64,000 bases of DNA from Cenococcum geophilum (Eukaryota), in NCBI GenBank assembly GCA_050273025.1, contig CP158635.1, forward strand, positions 30,070,001 to 30,134,000. The letters run 5' to 3'. Positions 1 to 13,614 of this stretch are shown in pieces; the stretch's first letter is position 1, and each line of letters starts with the position of its first letter. Below the pieces are notes generated by a model. It saw only the letters and a program-made list of their open reading frames with translations. It was not told the origin of the DNA and searched no databases. A program made the translations under genes and the position numbers.

Positions 1-933
1 TGTATAGAGGATAAAAAGAAGACAAATAGTAAGTTTTAAAGATTATTAGTTATAAGGACGTTAACGATAAAATATAGTATAAGGTTAAGTGGATAGGCTA
101 TAATAAGATTACTTGGGAACTACTATAGAATTTAAAGAATGCTATAGGAGAGGTATAGGAGTATTGGAGGAAAACGGGTTAGGTAATATTAAGAAGGAGC
201 TAAAGATAAAGGGATTAGTTAAAGGCAATAGACGAGCCGGATTATCTAAGGGATCCACTATTAGCGTATTAGTTGTTTCCGCCTCTACTTAACCAGAATT
301 CTTTTTAGCCTCCTTAGCCTTAAGCTTACGGAGACCTTACTCTACTAAATGGTACTCTTTAGAATGAACCTTCTTATAAACCTTCTTAAGACGGATTAAC
401 TAAGCAAACGCAGTCTAATAAAGCTTAAATGCGTGACGCTAGGCTTCTAAGAGATAAGCGGACTCTTCGGAGGAATAATAGAGTTTATTACAAGCCGTAA
501 TAAGAGAGGCCTTAAGCTTTTTAGTTTTGGATTAAATATAGGACCCTATAGCAGATTAGATAAGGAAGTTAAAGACTTTAAAGACTAATAAGACGCGTAC
601 ACTTAGCGTTAGAGATAGATTAAATATTATAGGACGACCGCATGTTTGCTTTCGTATACTTAGCGTAGGAAGAAGGTTGGCAACTAAATAGAGCCGCGAT
701 TACAATATATACTAACTTCTTCTCCTCGCAACGAGAACATGGAGATATGATTTTACTTAATAAAAGGATCGTTAAAATTATATAAGTATAACGCTTAGAT
801 ACAGAAGATCTAATAGGAGGTATTAGAAATAATAAAGGTTATTAAATTAAAAACGGAAATGCTATACCTCTAATAGACGACTTAGAGATAAGAGATATCT
901 TTAAGGTTAAAGATAAAGAGGAGGGGAATAGTG
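1..933 (+). mobile_element. Ty3/gypsy family A, copy A0: end of pol (chromodomain), 3' region, PPT and first 2 nt of the 3' LTR
   Basis: Bases 1-180 align by eye to 21241-21420 (chromodomain YEVKWIGY..TWE). The PPT agataaagaggaggggaatag (911-931) matches A1 22142-22162. The LTR is split after TG by B1. Confidence 0.9.
110..823 (-). pseudogene. Antisense spliced Zn2Cys6-like/coiled-coil accessory gene of A0 (RIP-disrupted)
   Basis: Exon 1 823-601 reads (M)PPIRSS..SPCSRCEEKKLV(C)..QPSS(C)AK(C)TKANMRSS(C). A 55-nt intron 600-546 has GTACGC..CTAAT..TAG. Exon 2 includes LIRLKKV..KV. The 3' end is approximate. Confidence 0.75.
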
Positions 934-1303
934 TGTTACGGAGTGAGCACAAGCGGTGATAATATATAGCGAAGTAGGTATTATTAAGCTATGTATATAA
1001 ACTGCGTAATAAAGTTAAGACGTTGCGTAAGGAAAGAAGGTAGGGAAACGGGAAGAAAGGGCATATATTGTTAACTTGGTTGCTTGGTTAATACGTGTAT
1101 AGGTAGAATAGGGTTTAGGTTGTAGTCCTAGCAGAACTTGGTAGAATTTAGTGGAACTTAGCAGAATATGGTAGAATGCCGTAGATTACTATTAGATTGC
1201 CATTAGATTGCCGTTAGATTGCTATTTCGCGGTTAGTCTTTAATTGCTAAGTTAGTGGAAATAGGTGGACGTGTGCAAGGTATTACGGGGGTGTCCCGTG
1301 ATA
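934..1303 (-). repeat. B1 3' LTR
   Basis: Direct repeat of 6450-6819. Internal 10-bp (gcagaacttg) and 11-bp (tagattgccgt) arrays. Confidence 0.95.
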
Positions 1304-1319
1304 GTACCCCCCCTTTAAA

Positions 1320-4300
1320 CTTAAGCTTCTGCGAGATGGGGCTGTGGTAGTTCTGGGTGGAGTTTATGAAAGTCTTCTGCGGCTTGTATAAGTCCTACAG
1401 AGTTAACGGGTTCCTATGAGGACTTGGTAAAGCTTTTCCATTTTATAAGATATATATATTAGCGTTTCCGTTTGTTATACTTAATATCGTTAATTCTTTT
1501 AATAAAGTACTCGTTCTTACTATCTACTTTAACTAGTGGGGGAGGGTCTTATATCTATCTAGGCAGGGCGTCTAATATAGGGGTAGCGGGGTAGAGGACT
1601 GACGTATGGAATATAGGGTGGATTTTAACCGTATTAGGGAGCTTTAATTGGTAGGCATAAGGAGAGATAACCTTTTTAACCTTATAAGGGCCAGCGTTCT
1701 TTTAATTAAGTTTTTTAGTAGGTTGTTTTGTATTTAGATTTCTTATATCTAGCTAGACGAAATCACTAATTTAGTAGGCCGGTGCTAGGGTTTATTTCTT
1801 ATTCGCTGCGGCTTTATAGATAGATTAAGCCCATGTTATCTTATCGGTAAGGAACTGTTATAGTTCTTCTATCTTCTCTATGAATTTATTTGCTTCTGCG
1901 ACTTATAAGGCGTAATAAGTGGGGTAAGGAATATTATTAAAGGGTTTAAAACCTATTCGTGGGTGCTAGCCGTAATTAGCTAGAAATAGGGAGACTTTCG
2001 TAGTTTTTGAGACGGAGTTATTTATAGTAAACTCGGCAAATACGAGCTAGTTAATCCAGTTATCCTATAAATACGACGTGTATATCCGAATATACTGTTC
2101 TATTATAGCATTTGCGCGTTCTATTTGGCCATCCATTTCTGGGTAATATACGGTAGACAACAGTGCTTTAATGCGGAGTTAAGTAGTTAGTTTTTTTTAG
2201 AATGCTGAGATAAACTGGCTGCCTTTATTGGAGATAATCGTTTTAGGGAGTCTGTGGAGTTTCTATACGTAATCTAGGAATAGTTGGGCGACGGCAGGCG
2301 TTAATATATTGGGGTAGGCGATTAAGTGTCTTATTTTAGATAGTCGGTCTATAACTACTATAATATTCGTGTAGCCTTTACTCTTAGGAAGGTTAATAAC
2401 AAAGTTGATTAAAATATCCCTCTATCTTTGGTCCGGAACAGGCAGTGGCTTTAAAAGACCGTTATATGTCTTATGTGAGGCTTTAGCTCGTCGGTAGGTG
2501 TAGTAGCTAGAGACGTACCTTCGTGTTGTGTTGTGTATGTTCGGCTAATAATACTCCCGTTGGAGTAGTTCTAGGGTCTTTCCTTAGCCCGGGTGGCTGG
2601 CGATAGGTAGATTATATACATATTTAAGGAGTTTAAGCTTAAGCTTATTGTGATTAGGGATAACTAGATGGTTCCGGTAATATAAGCGGTTTCCACGGGC
2701 TTCGTATTTACTTAGAGAAATCTTTTTAGAGCGTCTAATGCCATCTTGCATTAGCTTAAGCGTCTCTTGGATGAACTCGTTATTTGGGTATTCGTCGACT
2801 ATAATCTGTTTAATTGATTGATCTGTTATTTTAAGGACGTGTACCGTAAGATCTTTAGTAGGAGGGTTAAATAGTTTAGGGTGAAGTAGGGTCTGATTTC
2901 GGTAAGAGCGCGCTTCTTCTAAGGCTAGCGCGTCTTGCAAGCGTCGGGTTAGAGCATTAGGCTTTTGGCCTTAGACGCCTAGGCGGTATGTAATTAAGAA
3001 TTAGAAACAAGATAGATATTCTAACTAGCGGGCCTAACAGTAACTTAGCTGTTTTGTGGTTGTAAAGTACTGTAGGTTTTTATAGTCGCTAAGGACCTTA
3101 ATTAGAAATCTAGCGCCTTCTAGTTCGGGTCGCCATTGTTTAAAACATCTAATGATAGCTAACAATTCCTTATCGTAGATCTTGTAGTTATATTCGGCTG
3201 GGCTTAGTTATTTTAAGAAGTATGTTATAGGGTATAATACTCCATCCTCGTTATATTGAGACAGGATGCCTTTAGTGACGTAGTTAGATAAGTCGGCTTC
3301 TATAACACTTATTCAGTTTGGGTCGAAGTGTTAGAGTATAGGCGCAGTAGTAAACATAACCTTTAGATAGGTAAAGGCCTTCTTATATTCCTTATTAAAG
3401 ATAAAGACTTTATTTTTTTGGGTTAGAGCTATAAGGGGTAAGACCAGGGCGGAGAAGTTATTAATAAACCGTTAGTAGAAATTAGCAAATCCTATAAAGG
3501 CTCTTACGTCCTTAACGTTCTTAGGTTCTTGCTAGTTTACAATTACTTTGACTTTCTTTAGGTCCATTTGTATACTGTTTGTAGAAATGAGGAGTTTAAG
3601 GTATAGGACTTCCGTTTTATGGAACTTGTATTTATCTACATCTAATTATAAACTAGCTCCGTGTAGGGCTTATAGGACGAGGTTAACGTGTTTCCGATGT
3701 TTGGTTAGGTTATTACTATATATTAAGATGTCATCGATATAAGCAGTATAGAAGATGTCTAGGTAGGGGCGTAGGGTGTCGTTTATATAATGTTAAAACG
3801 AGCTTAGAGCGTTTGTGAGGCCGAATGGCGTCACTAAGTATTTAAATAGTCCATACCGAGTACAAAATGCAGTAAGCTATTTATCTCCTTTTGCTATATA
3901 GAGGCGGTTAAATATAGAGATAATATTAAGCTTCGTATAGTAGCGAGCCTTACTTAGTCGGTTTAGTGTCTCCTGTATTAACGGGATCGGATATTAGTTC
4001 TTAATAGTAACGGCATTAAAAGCTCGGTAGTCTATATAGAAGCGTAGACCGCCGCCGGGTTTCTTAACGAAGATCACTAGTGCGGCTATAGGCAATAAGC
4101 TTACTCTAATGAATCCTTTGCTTAGGTTCTTATTTAAATACTTTCGTAGTACTTGGAGTTTGTTTTAGGATATCCCGTATAAGGGTCTAAATCTAGGCTG
4201 CTTTCCTTCTTTAAGTACAATCTTATGGTCGTATAATTAGTATTTCGGTAGCTTGTCGGCTTCCTTCCGTAAGAATGCCTCTAGGCGGTTATAGTACTCT

Positions 4301-6413
4301 ACTGGTACCTTTATAGCAGGGTTAGTGTGCTTTTTTAGTGCTAAGGCCTTCTTAATATCAGCTATAGTGACAGCAAAGATTGTATGTTTAGGTTTCTTAG
4401 CAAGTTACGCTAACGGAGTAGCTCTAATTATGCGGATATCCAGGGTACCGAGCTTGCTTGGATTATTTATAGTTTCTTATTTAGGTTTAGGTTCGGTATT
4501 AGGTACGGAGTTAGTATTAGATTTAGGTTTGGGTTCTTTAAGAATCCTTTTTATGGTTGGATACTAGTCCTTCTAATATCTTTGTGTAGTGAGCTTAAGC
4601 TTCTGCCTGTCTTTAGGCAGTATAGTGCTTAGGGCTAATTTATGGAGTTTAGTGGAATTCTTGGATCCTTAATAGATGTCGGTAGAAATCTTAGGCTAGT
4701 AGATCTTAGCGGATTCCCTAGATTTTAGTTTGGGGTTAAGGCGGTGCGTTATATAATACTTCTACTTATAACGGGAGGCGGTAAATAGAAGCTTAAGGTT
4801 GTCCTAATTAATAGTTACCTTATATAGCTTTATCTAGGGTTGTCTAAGGATTACTGAGTGACCTAGGGTGGTAATAAAAAGCTTAATTAGTTTTTTGTGG
4901 TTTAGGTATTAGAGTTTTAGGGTTACCACGTAGGTAATACGGCCTGAGATGGTGCGTTTGCTATTAAATCTAAATACATTAATATACCGGTTGAGGGGGG
5001 TTAGGGTAAAACTATTATCTTATATAAAGATCTTGTTAATAAATCCTATGCCGCTAGCTCCTGTGTTAATTAGGATTTGAGCATTAGCCTATTAACTATT
5101 CTGCCGAAGATAATAGTCAATGGTTATGCTATGGTCCTAAGAGTTAGAGTTTGTAACGTTAAATACGTTTAATAAGATCCTGTGGCAGAGCCGTCCTAAA
5201 GAGCGACTTAGCTCTAGGACCTTCCTTTTGGAGGCAATCGGGGTGGGGTTCTTATAGGACGTTAGCTATAGCTTCGTCCTTATAAATGGTGCTTGCTAGA
5301 TATAGGGGTGGAACTAGATAAAGATTGGGGACGGTAACCGGAAGATCGATGTGGTGAACGGCTGCTAGTGCTGGCCGTTTATAAATCATTTCGGGGCATA
5401 GGGACAGAGTAGTGGTTTGAGAGGTAGGAGCTACTTCTATATTTAAAGTAGAGGCCTAGCTTAATGCGTTATTTTTATTTAGAGGACCCTAATGGGGCGT
5501 ATCCTAGGGTCCTAGTATTAATATCTATGGCGTTAGGGTGCTTGGGTTAAGACAATGACTTAGTAGACGTTTATAGGGTTATTGTGTTGTACTAATAAAC
5601 GGGCTTTAGTATGAGGCGTAGTATATTATTGTACCGTTTGTTAATAACGTTTGTATAAGCGTTAAGAGTTTCCGGGAGGTCTACGCCTATTAGGGAGGTT
5701 TTTAGTTTGGGGCTTAAGGACTTAACGAGGCTGTTAATTAGTGCGGAGTTATTCCAGCCTGTTTCCTTTACGTAGTGGTTGAATTTGGAGAAGTATATTA
5801 GGAAACTTTTCTTTTCTTAAGTTATTTGGTTTATCTTTCTTTAAGCGGTGGCTTGGCGGTTTAGGTTACCATATATAGCTTTAAGAAGTGTGACTAGGCT
5901 TTGTACTAAGTTTGGTTGGAGAGGTTTAATAAGGTTAGCTGCGTCTTCTCCTAGTTAACTTAGGGCGTAATAGAGTTGGTTGGCTTTGGTTGGGTAGCGG
6001 TTAGCATTACCGGTTAGCTTATTCTTAAGCCGGCTTAAGAATAACCGAAGCTCTTGTTGTTTACTGGTGAATACTAGGGGATCTAGTAGTTTCTCGGATT
6101 GTTTTGGTGCAGTAGTTGGTTCTATAAAATAAGTAACTACTACTAATTTGGGGCTTATGTTCCGCGTGTTTATCTTTAGAGATGGCGTTCGGTTTTAGGG
6201 CCTTAATATAGGCATTTTAAGAATACGGACTTCTTCTTAAAGTGCTTTAATTAATTGTTGTTATTGTGCTTCTTATTCGGCTTACTATTGAGTTAAAGTG
6301 GCTTAGTGCTGTGCAAGGGCGTCCGTAAAGGACTTCTGTATACCTACTAATTATTTTTAGAGTATAGCTATAATAGCGTTGGCCGTTACGGGGGCTTTAG
6401 GGTCGTTCTGCAT
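1320..6413 (-). pseudogene. B1 gag-pol (Gag, protease, RT, RNase H, integrase, chromodomain), RIP-disrupted
   Basis: Minus-strand motifs: [13 protein letters not shown] (~4070-4020), AYIDDIL (~3745-3725), [13 protein letters not shown] (~3190-3150). The 2584..2940 ORF is the RNase H-integrase linker ending HPG. Gag ATG at 6413. Confidence 0.9.
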
Positions 6414-6449
6414 TTTCAAAGGGTAGTGTGGGTTTTTAACGTAACGTAG

Positions 6450-6819
6450 TATTACGGAGTAAGCACAAGCGGTGATAATATATAGCGAAGTAGGTATTAT
6501 TAAGCTATATATATAAACTGCGTAATAAAGTTAAAACGTTGTGTAAGGAAAGAAGGTAGGGAAACGGGAAAAAAGGGCATATATTGTTAACTTGGTTGCT
6601 TAGTTAATACGTGCATAGGTAGAATAGGGTTCAGGTTGTGGTCTTGGCAGAACTTGGCAGAATTTAGTAGAACTTGGCAGAATATGGCAGAATGCCGTAG
6701 ATTACCGTTAGATTGCCATCAGATTGCCGTTAGATTACCATTTCGCGGTTGGTCTCTAATTGCTAAGTCGGTGGAAACAGGTAGACGTGTGCAAGGTGTT
6801 ACGGGGGTGTCCCGTGATA
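6450..6819 (-). repeat. B1 5' LTR
   Basis: Direct repeat of 934-1303. Confidence 0.95.
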
Positions 6820-6824
6820 TAGTG

Positions 6825-7244
6825 TTACGGACCTTATATTGGCAGTAGTAGAACTATTAAGAAGAGATATAAATGAACTAGTGGTAGAAGTACGAGAGGT
6901 GCTAGAACTAGTAAAACTATAGGATAAGAGGTAGCTAAGTTATATAATAAGTTACAAAAAGAGATCTATTAATCTAAAAGAAATCTATAGGATCTATCTA
7001 TATACCTTATATACCTTACATACCTTACATACTTAGTATTTCTTAGGCGCAGTATTATATATTTAAAGGACTATAGTCCCTACCTAGATAGTTCTCTTCT
7101 TTGTAGTAAATCTTAGAATATAATTAGAGTTAATCTATTAGGTAACCACTCCACCAGTTATATTTACGTTGTTAACTATTCTATACCTATATACCCAGCC
7201 CATTAACAAGTTTACCGTAGTATTTCCTATAAGGCTTTATTACA
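6825..7244 (+). repeat. Remainder of the A0 3' LTR (variant U3)
   Basis: Continues TG|TTACGGAC. Shares agtccctacctagatagttc and aaccactccaccagtt with A1 LTRs. Ends aaggctttattaca. Confidence 0.85.
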
Positions 7245-8529
7245 TTAACTAGTGTAGAGTTATTCTAGCTAGTCTCCCTTATATAATGGTTAAATTAAAA
7301 AAAGTATACTAGGAAACTTTTCGTTCCTTAAGCTATATAGTTTATCTTTTTTTAAGTAGTGGCTTAATGGTTTAAATTACTTTATATAGCTTCTAGAAGT
7401 ATAACTAGGCTTTATACTAAGTTTAGTTAGAGGGGTTTAATAAGGTTAGCTATCTCTTCTTTTAGTTAGCTTAGGGCGTAATAGAGTTAGTTAGCTTTAG
7501 TTAAGTAACGGTTAGTGTTACTAGTTAGCTTATTCTTAAGCTAGCTTAGGAATAATTAAAGCTCTTACTATTTACTAGTAAATACTAAAGGGTTAGGTAA
7601 TTATTTAGATCGTTATAGTGCGGTAGTTAGTTTAGGGTAAATAGTTACTATAGGTTTGGGGCTTATATTCCGCGTATTTATCTCTAAAGATAGTATTTAG
7701 TCTTAAGGCCCTATTATAGGCATCTTAAGAGTACGGATTTCTTCTTAGAGGTCCTTAATTAATTGCCAGTATCGTGCTTCTTATTTAGCTTATTATGAAT
7801 TTAAAGTAGCTTAATTTTATATAAGGGCGTCTATAAAAGACTTCTATATCCCTACTAATTATTTTTAGAGTGCGGATATAATACTAGCGGCCGTTATAGG
7901 GGTTTTGGGTTCGTTTTATATATTACTAGTAGTATAGGTAGTTAATATAATATAGTGTTATAGAGTAAGTGTTGGGAATAAAGGCAAATGGTCACCATAT
8001 GAGGTATATTGCCGTCACGTGTAGCAAGTTGCCGTTACGTACGGCAAGTTGCCATCACGTGCCGCCGCGGCATTAGCGTGGTGAGGAACCTTAAGTTCCT
8101 TACCCCTTTCTTAAAGAAGAATAACAAAAAGAAGAATAATTATTATACTATCTACGAACCGTAGCTACGTGATATCACCTTGTGAGTCTAATACTAATTA
8201 GTGGTTAACTTTATAGTTATGCTATAGAACAGCTAGGTATTTACTAAGAAGAGATAAGCTACTGTACTAGTGCTACTTATGCTAAGGGAAGCTGTCTTTT
8301 AAGGTTAGAACTGGTCCTAAACCTTAAATAGAACTCTTCTATAAATCTAAGGATCTAAAGGCTAGAACTGGTCCTAAGCCTTCCCTAGATTATAAATTTT
8401 TGCGTCTATTACGTAGAATAATACGCTTTATAAGTTTTCGCGATTTAAGGCTAGAACTAGTCCTAAGCCCTATAATTGCAAATATATATTATAAACGCGT
8501 ACTAAATAATAATCCCTATACTACTAATA

Positions 8530-11500
8530 TTCCCTTCCTCTAAAGATATAACTATGGCCACTTTAAACAACTAGAGAGACTTCTTACTACTAGGGGTAGC
8601 TATATACGCGAAACTTATTAATAAAGATTGGGACGTATTTACCTTTAATATAACAACCTATACTGTAAAATAAGTTAATGGCTTTCTCCTACACTATATT
8701 CTATTCTATTAAGATAGCTACTACGCCGATTTATAGTTATAGGAATACTTTAGGGAGGATTTTATAGGATGGACCGCCGACACCTAGGCACTTGGTAATA
8801 TTAATATTATTTAGGATTTTTAAGACTCCCTCTAAAGGAATAGGGTGTATATTACTAAGGACAGTAACCTAATTACCAGTAATATTTACGCCGTTCTTAC
8901 TAGTATAGAAAAACCAGTATAAACGGAAGCTAAGATTATACGTTAACTACGGAAACCTAAAACTAACCTATATTCTTTAGAAGGCAACTTTAATTTAGAA
9001 TAAAACCCCTAGAACGCTACTCTCCTACTTAAAGGTACTCTCCTACCTAGAGGTGCTCTTCCTCTACCTCTATTATTTTTAACTCCTTTATCCTAGCTAA
9101 CTAATAAGCCTCTATTTTAAGAAGTTACGAATCTAATAAAGGTATATTTAGACGAAGAGAAGAAGTTTAGAGGAGAATTATATAATATACTTAGAGTAAA
9201 ACTATAGGTCTTTTATAACTGCTATAATAAGGTCGGAATTTAACGCCACTAGTTCTATTATGCTTTTTCTGTTATATTAAAGGGACGGGCGGCAACGTTC
9301 TATTACGACTATATTATAGGTAAAAACTATAGCTTTAATGTAATACTTTAGCTTACTAGAGCCTACTTTAAAACCAATAAGAACCGCTAACTCTATATAT
9401 TTAAATGGCGGGAGACTATATTTTAGAGAGTTATTGCTTCTAACCTAATAATAACTTACCTAGAGTACCTTTAACTACTCTTTAATAAACTCTAAAAAAT
9501 CTAATGCGGATTTACTAAAACTTACTAAAATAAGAACAGCCTAAGGGACTAGGTTATCTTAGCATGCTGTAGCGTTCCTAAGTGCAACTTAGCGCTATAT
9601 AAACCTATGGATATATTTAAAGGAGTATATGCCGAGCTATGCTCCGCTGTAGGTACTATAATACAAATATAAGAATCTTAATAGCTCTATACTAAAAGCC
9701 CTACCTAACTAAGCGTTCCTAACTAATATAATTATAACTGGACTAATTAAATATATGGCGGCCGTGGTAGGGAATACGGCAAAGGGTATAATTAACGTCG
9801 ACTATAAGGTAATTATGGAGGTCCTTATAGAGGTTTATTTTAAAGTAATTGCTAAAAGAAGTGCTACGTTTGTAAGAAGCTAAATTACTAGTTAACTAGA
9901 TACTCCCTTAATAAGCGAAAAGAGGCATATAATAAGTTCCGTTAGAGTATAAAAAACGTTAGAAATTATAAGGTTACTATAGCCTACTTCTAAAGCTTCC
10001 TGGTTTAATATAAAGGCGTAGAAGACCTTAAAGGTAAGGTTAATAAGACCAAACAGCTCCTTATAGATATGGAAATTAAGGACTACTTACCTAACTAATA
10101 CTTTACTAAGTATGGTAAGGTAAATGGTATATAAACTATCGCTGTTCTTAATAACTAATCTACGCTCTATTTTATTATAAAGTTAGATATCTTTAATAAG
10201 CTAAAGGAGAGCTCCGCGTTTTCCTTTAATAATAGATATTTAGCGAACGTCTTTTATAGTATTATGCCGGATACTGGAGCCGTAGGAGTATCTATAGTAG
10301 GAGAACCTTAAGTTTAAGCCCTTTAGCAGCTTAATAGCTCTGTTTAGATTAACTATTTAACGGTAGGCTAATATATAATTTGTTTTAGTAAAGGTACTAT
10401 AATCTCTCTTAGTACAATTAGGGTTTAAACCCCCTTAGGGTATATTACTTTTTACGTTGTTCCTATAAACACCCCGTTTCTATTTTGCATTAGAGATATA
10501 AATAAACTAGGCGTTAAGCTTAATAACCTTAAGAATATATTTGTGTAGGGAGATAATCGGGTGCCTATTATATATAAGTAGGGTTACCCTTAGCTGCTCC
10601 TTTAATAACTAGAAAAGAGTGTTACTTAGAGCTATTTAACTAAGTTAGAGTTACGCTAACTACACCGTTGTTTTAGTTACCTATTAGTTTACCGATTGCT
10701 TAGGGTTCTTTAGTAAGTAGGCTATAAAGTTAAGGTTAAGGCAATTAAGCATTTTATAAAATATTGCTACTACTGCTAAATAAACTAGAGGTCCCCTGGC
10801 CGATTTAAGTTTACCCTTAAAGATAATTACAACTTTAACTTCTGTATTATTGTTAACGTTATATACCTTAGTGGTAAGCTAGTATTCTAAGTTATTAACT
10901 TCTTAATTTCCTTCTAAGCCGCACGATTCTTAAAGGATATGTTAGCTAGGAATATATAGGATACCCTTTAGTTATACTAGATTAATGTCTACCTAGGACC
11001 CCCTAATTAAATCGTCTATAACGTAGGAAAGAACTTCTTATTTATAGAGTTCTAATAATAAATAAAGGCAATGGCAATTAAGGTTAAGGAAGTCCCTGTT
11101 AAGGCATATAATAGTATTAAAAAAGTAGAGTGATATTACGCGCTATTACGCTGCGTATATAAGATTATCTCTTTAGAACTAAAGGATGCTAGCGAAGAAC
11201 TTACCTTATAAATAGCTGTTAAAGCTATTAACAATTCCGCTGGCCTGGATGGACTTATACCTATATTGCTAGTCTTTAGCGCCTACCCACGAATAACTAA
11301 TAATTCTTTACTATCTCCCTCTGTTGTGTAATAAGCTAAGGCGATTTGTAAGGCAATAAAGGAGGTATAACGCCTCTATACTACACGCTAGGTTAATAAC
11401 ACATTAGGAATAAGAAATAGCCTAAATACCTTAACTGCGCTTAATTTGCCACTCTAGTCTAAAGTACGCGTATAGTATAAAAGGGGAAAATAGTTAGGCC

Positions 11501-13435
11501 CACATTAACTTATTATAATTAATGGTTAAACTTATACTATTTAGATGCCTTACGGACCCACCTAATTTCGTTTAACTGTTATTAAGCCTTACTATAAAGA
11601 TAATAATTCCGAGCCTTTATAGGATGCCCTAGAAGATGCCCTAGAAGAGAACTACGATTAATATACTTTAGAAGGCGACTACGATCCTAATACAATTATA
11701 GTAGATATGCTACAACTATAACGCGGTAGAGGTCGCCTAAAGGGATTACAAAATTACTAACACCTTATTAATTTTGAAGAATAATTTATTGCCGCCATTA
11801 AGAATGAAGTTAAGTTATTAATGGCCTTTATAATAGCTAAAGAGAAGGCTAACTTTAAGCTCGCAAAATAGCTCTAAAAAGAAGGTTGTATTATAACCCT
11901 AGGAGCTCCTTTCTAAGTATCCGATAAGCAGGAGATCGACGGTCTTATTATAAGAGAAGTCTTTAAATTTAAGAAATATAACCCTATTAAGTTTAATGGA
12001 GTTTGCATCTTTAAGTTAAGAATGGTTAACGAGATTAAGGGCAAAGTTATTAACGCCCTATTTAAGAAATTAAGGCTTATTATCTAAGGTTACAATAATA
12101 ATAGCAAAGAGATAATTCTTATATAATCTCCTATGATTTAACGAGCTAGTTAGCGAGTTATTATTACATTAGCTCCCTCCTTAATAAAGAATAGAATGGC
12201 AGTTTATTTATAAGATATTACTTAAGCCTATACCCAATCAGAGACGCACCTTTAGCGCTTAATATTAGCATACCTTTTGGAGCAAATTCGCCACTAGTAT
12301 CCTAAAGACACGATTATAGTTATACTTAAGCCATTATATAGAATCGCAGAGGTAGGAACTCACTAGTGGGTTACCTACAGCAAGTACTATAAAGAGAAGC
12401 TTTTAATAACTACTTCTATATTTAATCCCTGCTTCCTTATTACAACCACGGAAACCCCATTTGGAATTGTCGGTATATAAACTGATAATATAATTATCTT
12501 AGGAGATAACTAATTCTTAGCTCTTAAAGAGGATAAGCTAGTAAAGGCAAATCTTATAGTAAAGCCAAAGGAAAAGCTTAACTTAATAATACTATTACTC
12601 TTTAATGGATGCATCCTCTCCCTAAATAAGAATTCCATTACTTTACGCTAGAAGGGTTAAGGTAAGAAGATCGACGTTATTAACGTTAATTCCCTAAAGC
12701 AAGGATACGTGGAGCAACGCGCTTATAGAGCTTATATTGCTTCTATCTATTAACCTAAGGCTTTATTTAATCTCTCCGTTGCCGCCTAATACTAGGAACT
12801 AACTAAGGACGACGTTCTTGCCCTAAATAAACGTCTTTTTTGGCAAATAAACCATCTTAATTAGGGACTACTCTATATACCTATTAATCTTCCTACCGCT
12901 AAGCTCTTTATATTTATTAATAGATTATTTATAAATAATAAAGATTTTAGCTCCTAGTTAGGATATAAGATTATTATCACAAACGAATTTACTAGAGAGA
13001 ATAACTTTATAATCTATAGCAATCTTATTTATTAGAGTTTAACTAAAAGTAAGCGCGTTACCCGAAGTATTTTAGTGTTAGAGATATATAGAATGGTTAA
13101 CAGAGTTAATATAGCAATTGCAATTGGAACTACCCTAAAGATAATTATAGATCGACTCGAACTTCCCGTTATCCCTATAATCGTGTACACTAATTTATTT
13201 TCCCTTTATAAGTATTTAGTTAAGCTCGGTACCACAAAGGAGAAGCGCCTTATAATTAATATTATGGCACTTTGGTAATCCTATAAGCGTTAAGAACTCT
13301 TTAAGATTTAATAGATTAATGGCTAAAATAACCCAGTAGATGTAATAACGAAGGCAAACCTAAATAAGGCACTAGAGACGTTTGTTAATACGAATACTCT
13401 ATATATATAAGTTAAAGGTTAGGTTAAAAGGGAGT
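8530..13435 (+). pseudogene. C gag-pol polyprotein, RIP-disrupted
   Basis: De-RIP motifs: protease IMPDTGA (~10261), pre-integrase ELRQLHRRFGH (~10648), integrase EVPVEAHNSI.KVERYHAPLR (~11089), RT KPLYGIAE.GTHW (~12328) and QTDD (~12478), and RNase H (13075..13278 ORF). Start is approximate. Confidence 0.88.
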
Positions 13436-13478
13436 CCCTAGAAATTTCTTAGTTACGTAAGGTCTTAAGATATCCAGG

Positions 13479-13614
13479 AACTTTAACCGGCGGTTAAAGT
13501 TGTCTAATTAGTTAGATTCTGCAGACCCTAACTTAAACTAGCTAATTAGGATTTTCCATCCCTGGGATAAAAAATCGCTATTGGCTCGCTTACCGCTAGC
13601 GCCTTAGCGGCCCT
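13479..13614. promoter_or_regulatory. Palindromic cis-module (copy 1) in the C 3' UTR
   Basis: 23-bp palindrome AACTTTAACCG-G-CGGTTAAAGTT at 13479-13501. Inverted repeat GATTTTCCATCCC/GGGATAAAAAATC at 13550-13576, followed by ATTGG. Function unknown. Confidence 0.5.

Larger units (their letters stand above)
934..6819 (-). mobile_element. Full-length Ty3/gypsy chromovirus family B, copy B1, inserted in the A0 3' LTR
   Basis: 370-bp LTRs at 934-1303 and 6450-6819. TSD TAGTG at 929-933 and 6820-6824. PPT (rc gtacccccccttt) at 1304-1316. Internal region is collinear with B2. Confidence 0.95.

Noticed and set aside
3548..4567. Plus-strand ORFs 3548..3742 and 4325..4567
   Set aside because: Antisense shadows of B1 pol with no motifs.
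6636..6848. 70-aa ORF
   Set aside because: Lies in LTR repeats and crosses an insertion junction.
8301..8470. CRISPR-like repeat-spacer pattern
   Set aside because: Only three units with unequal spacers, inside a eukaryotic retrotransposon leader, and no cas genes.
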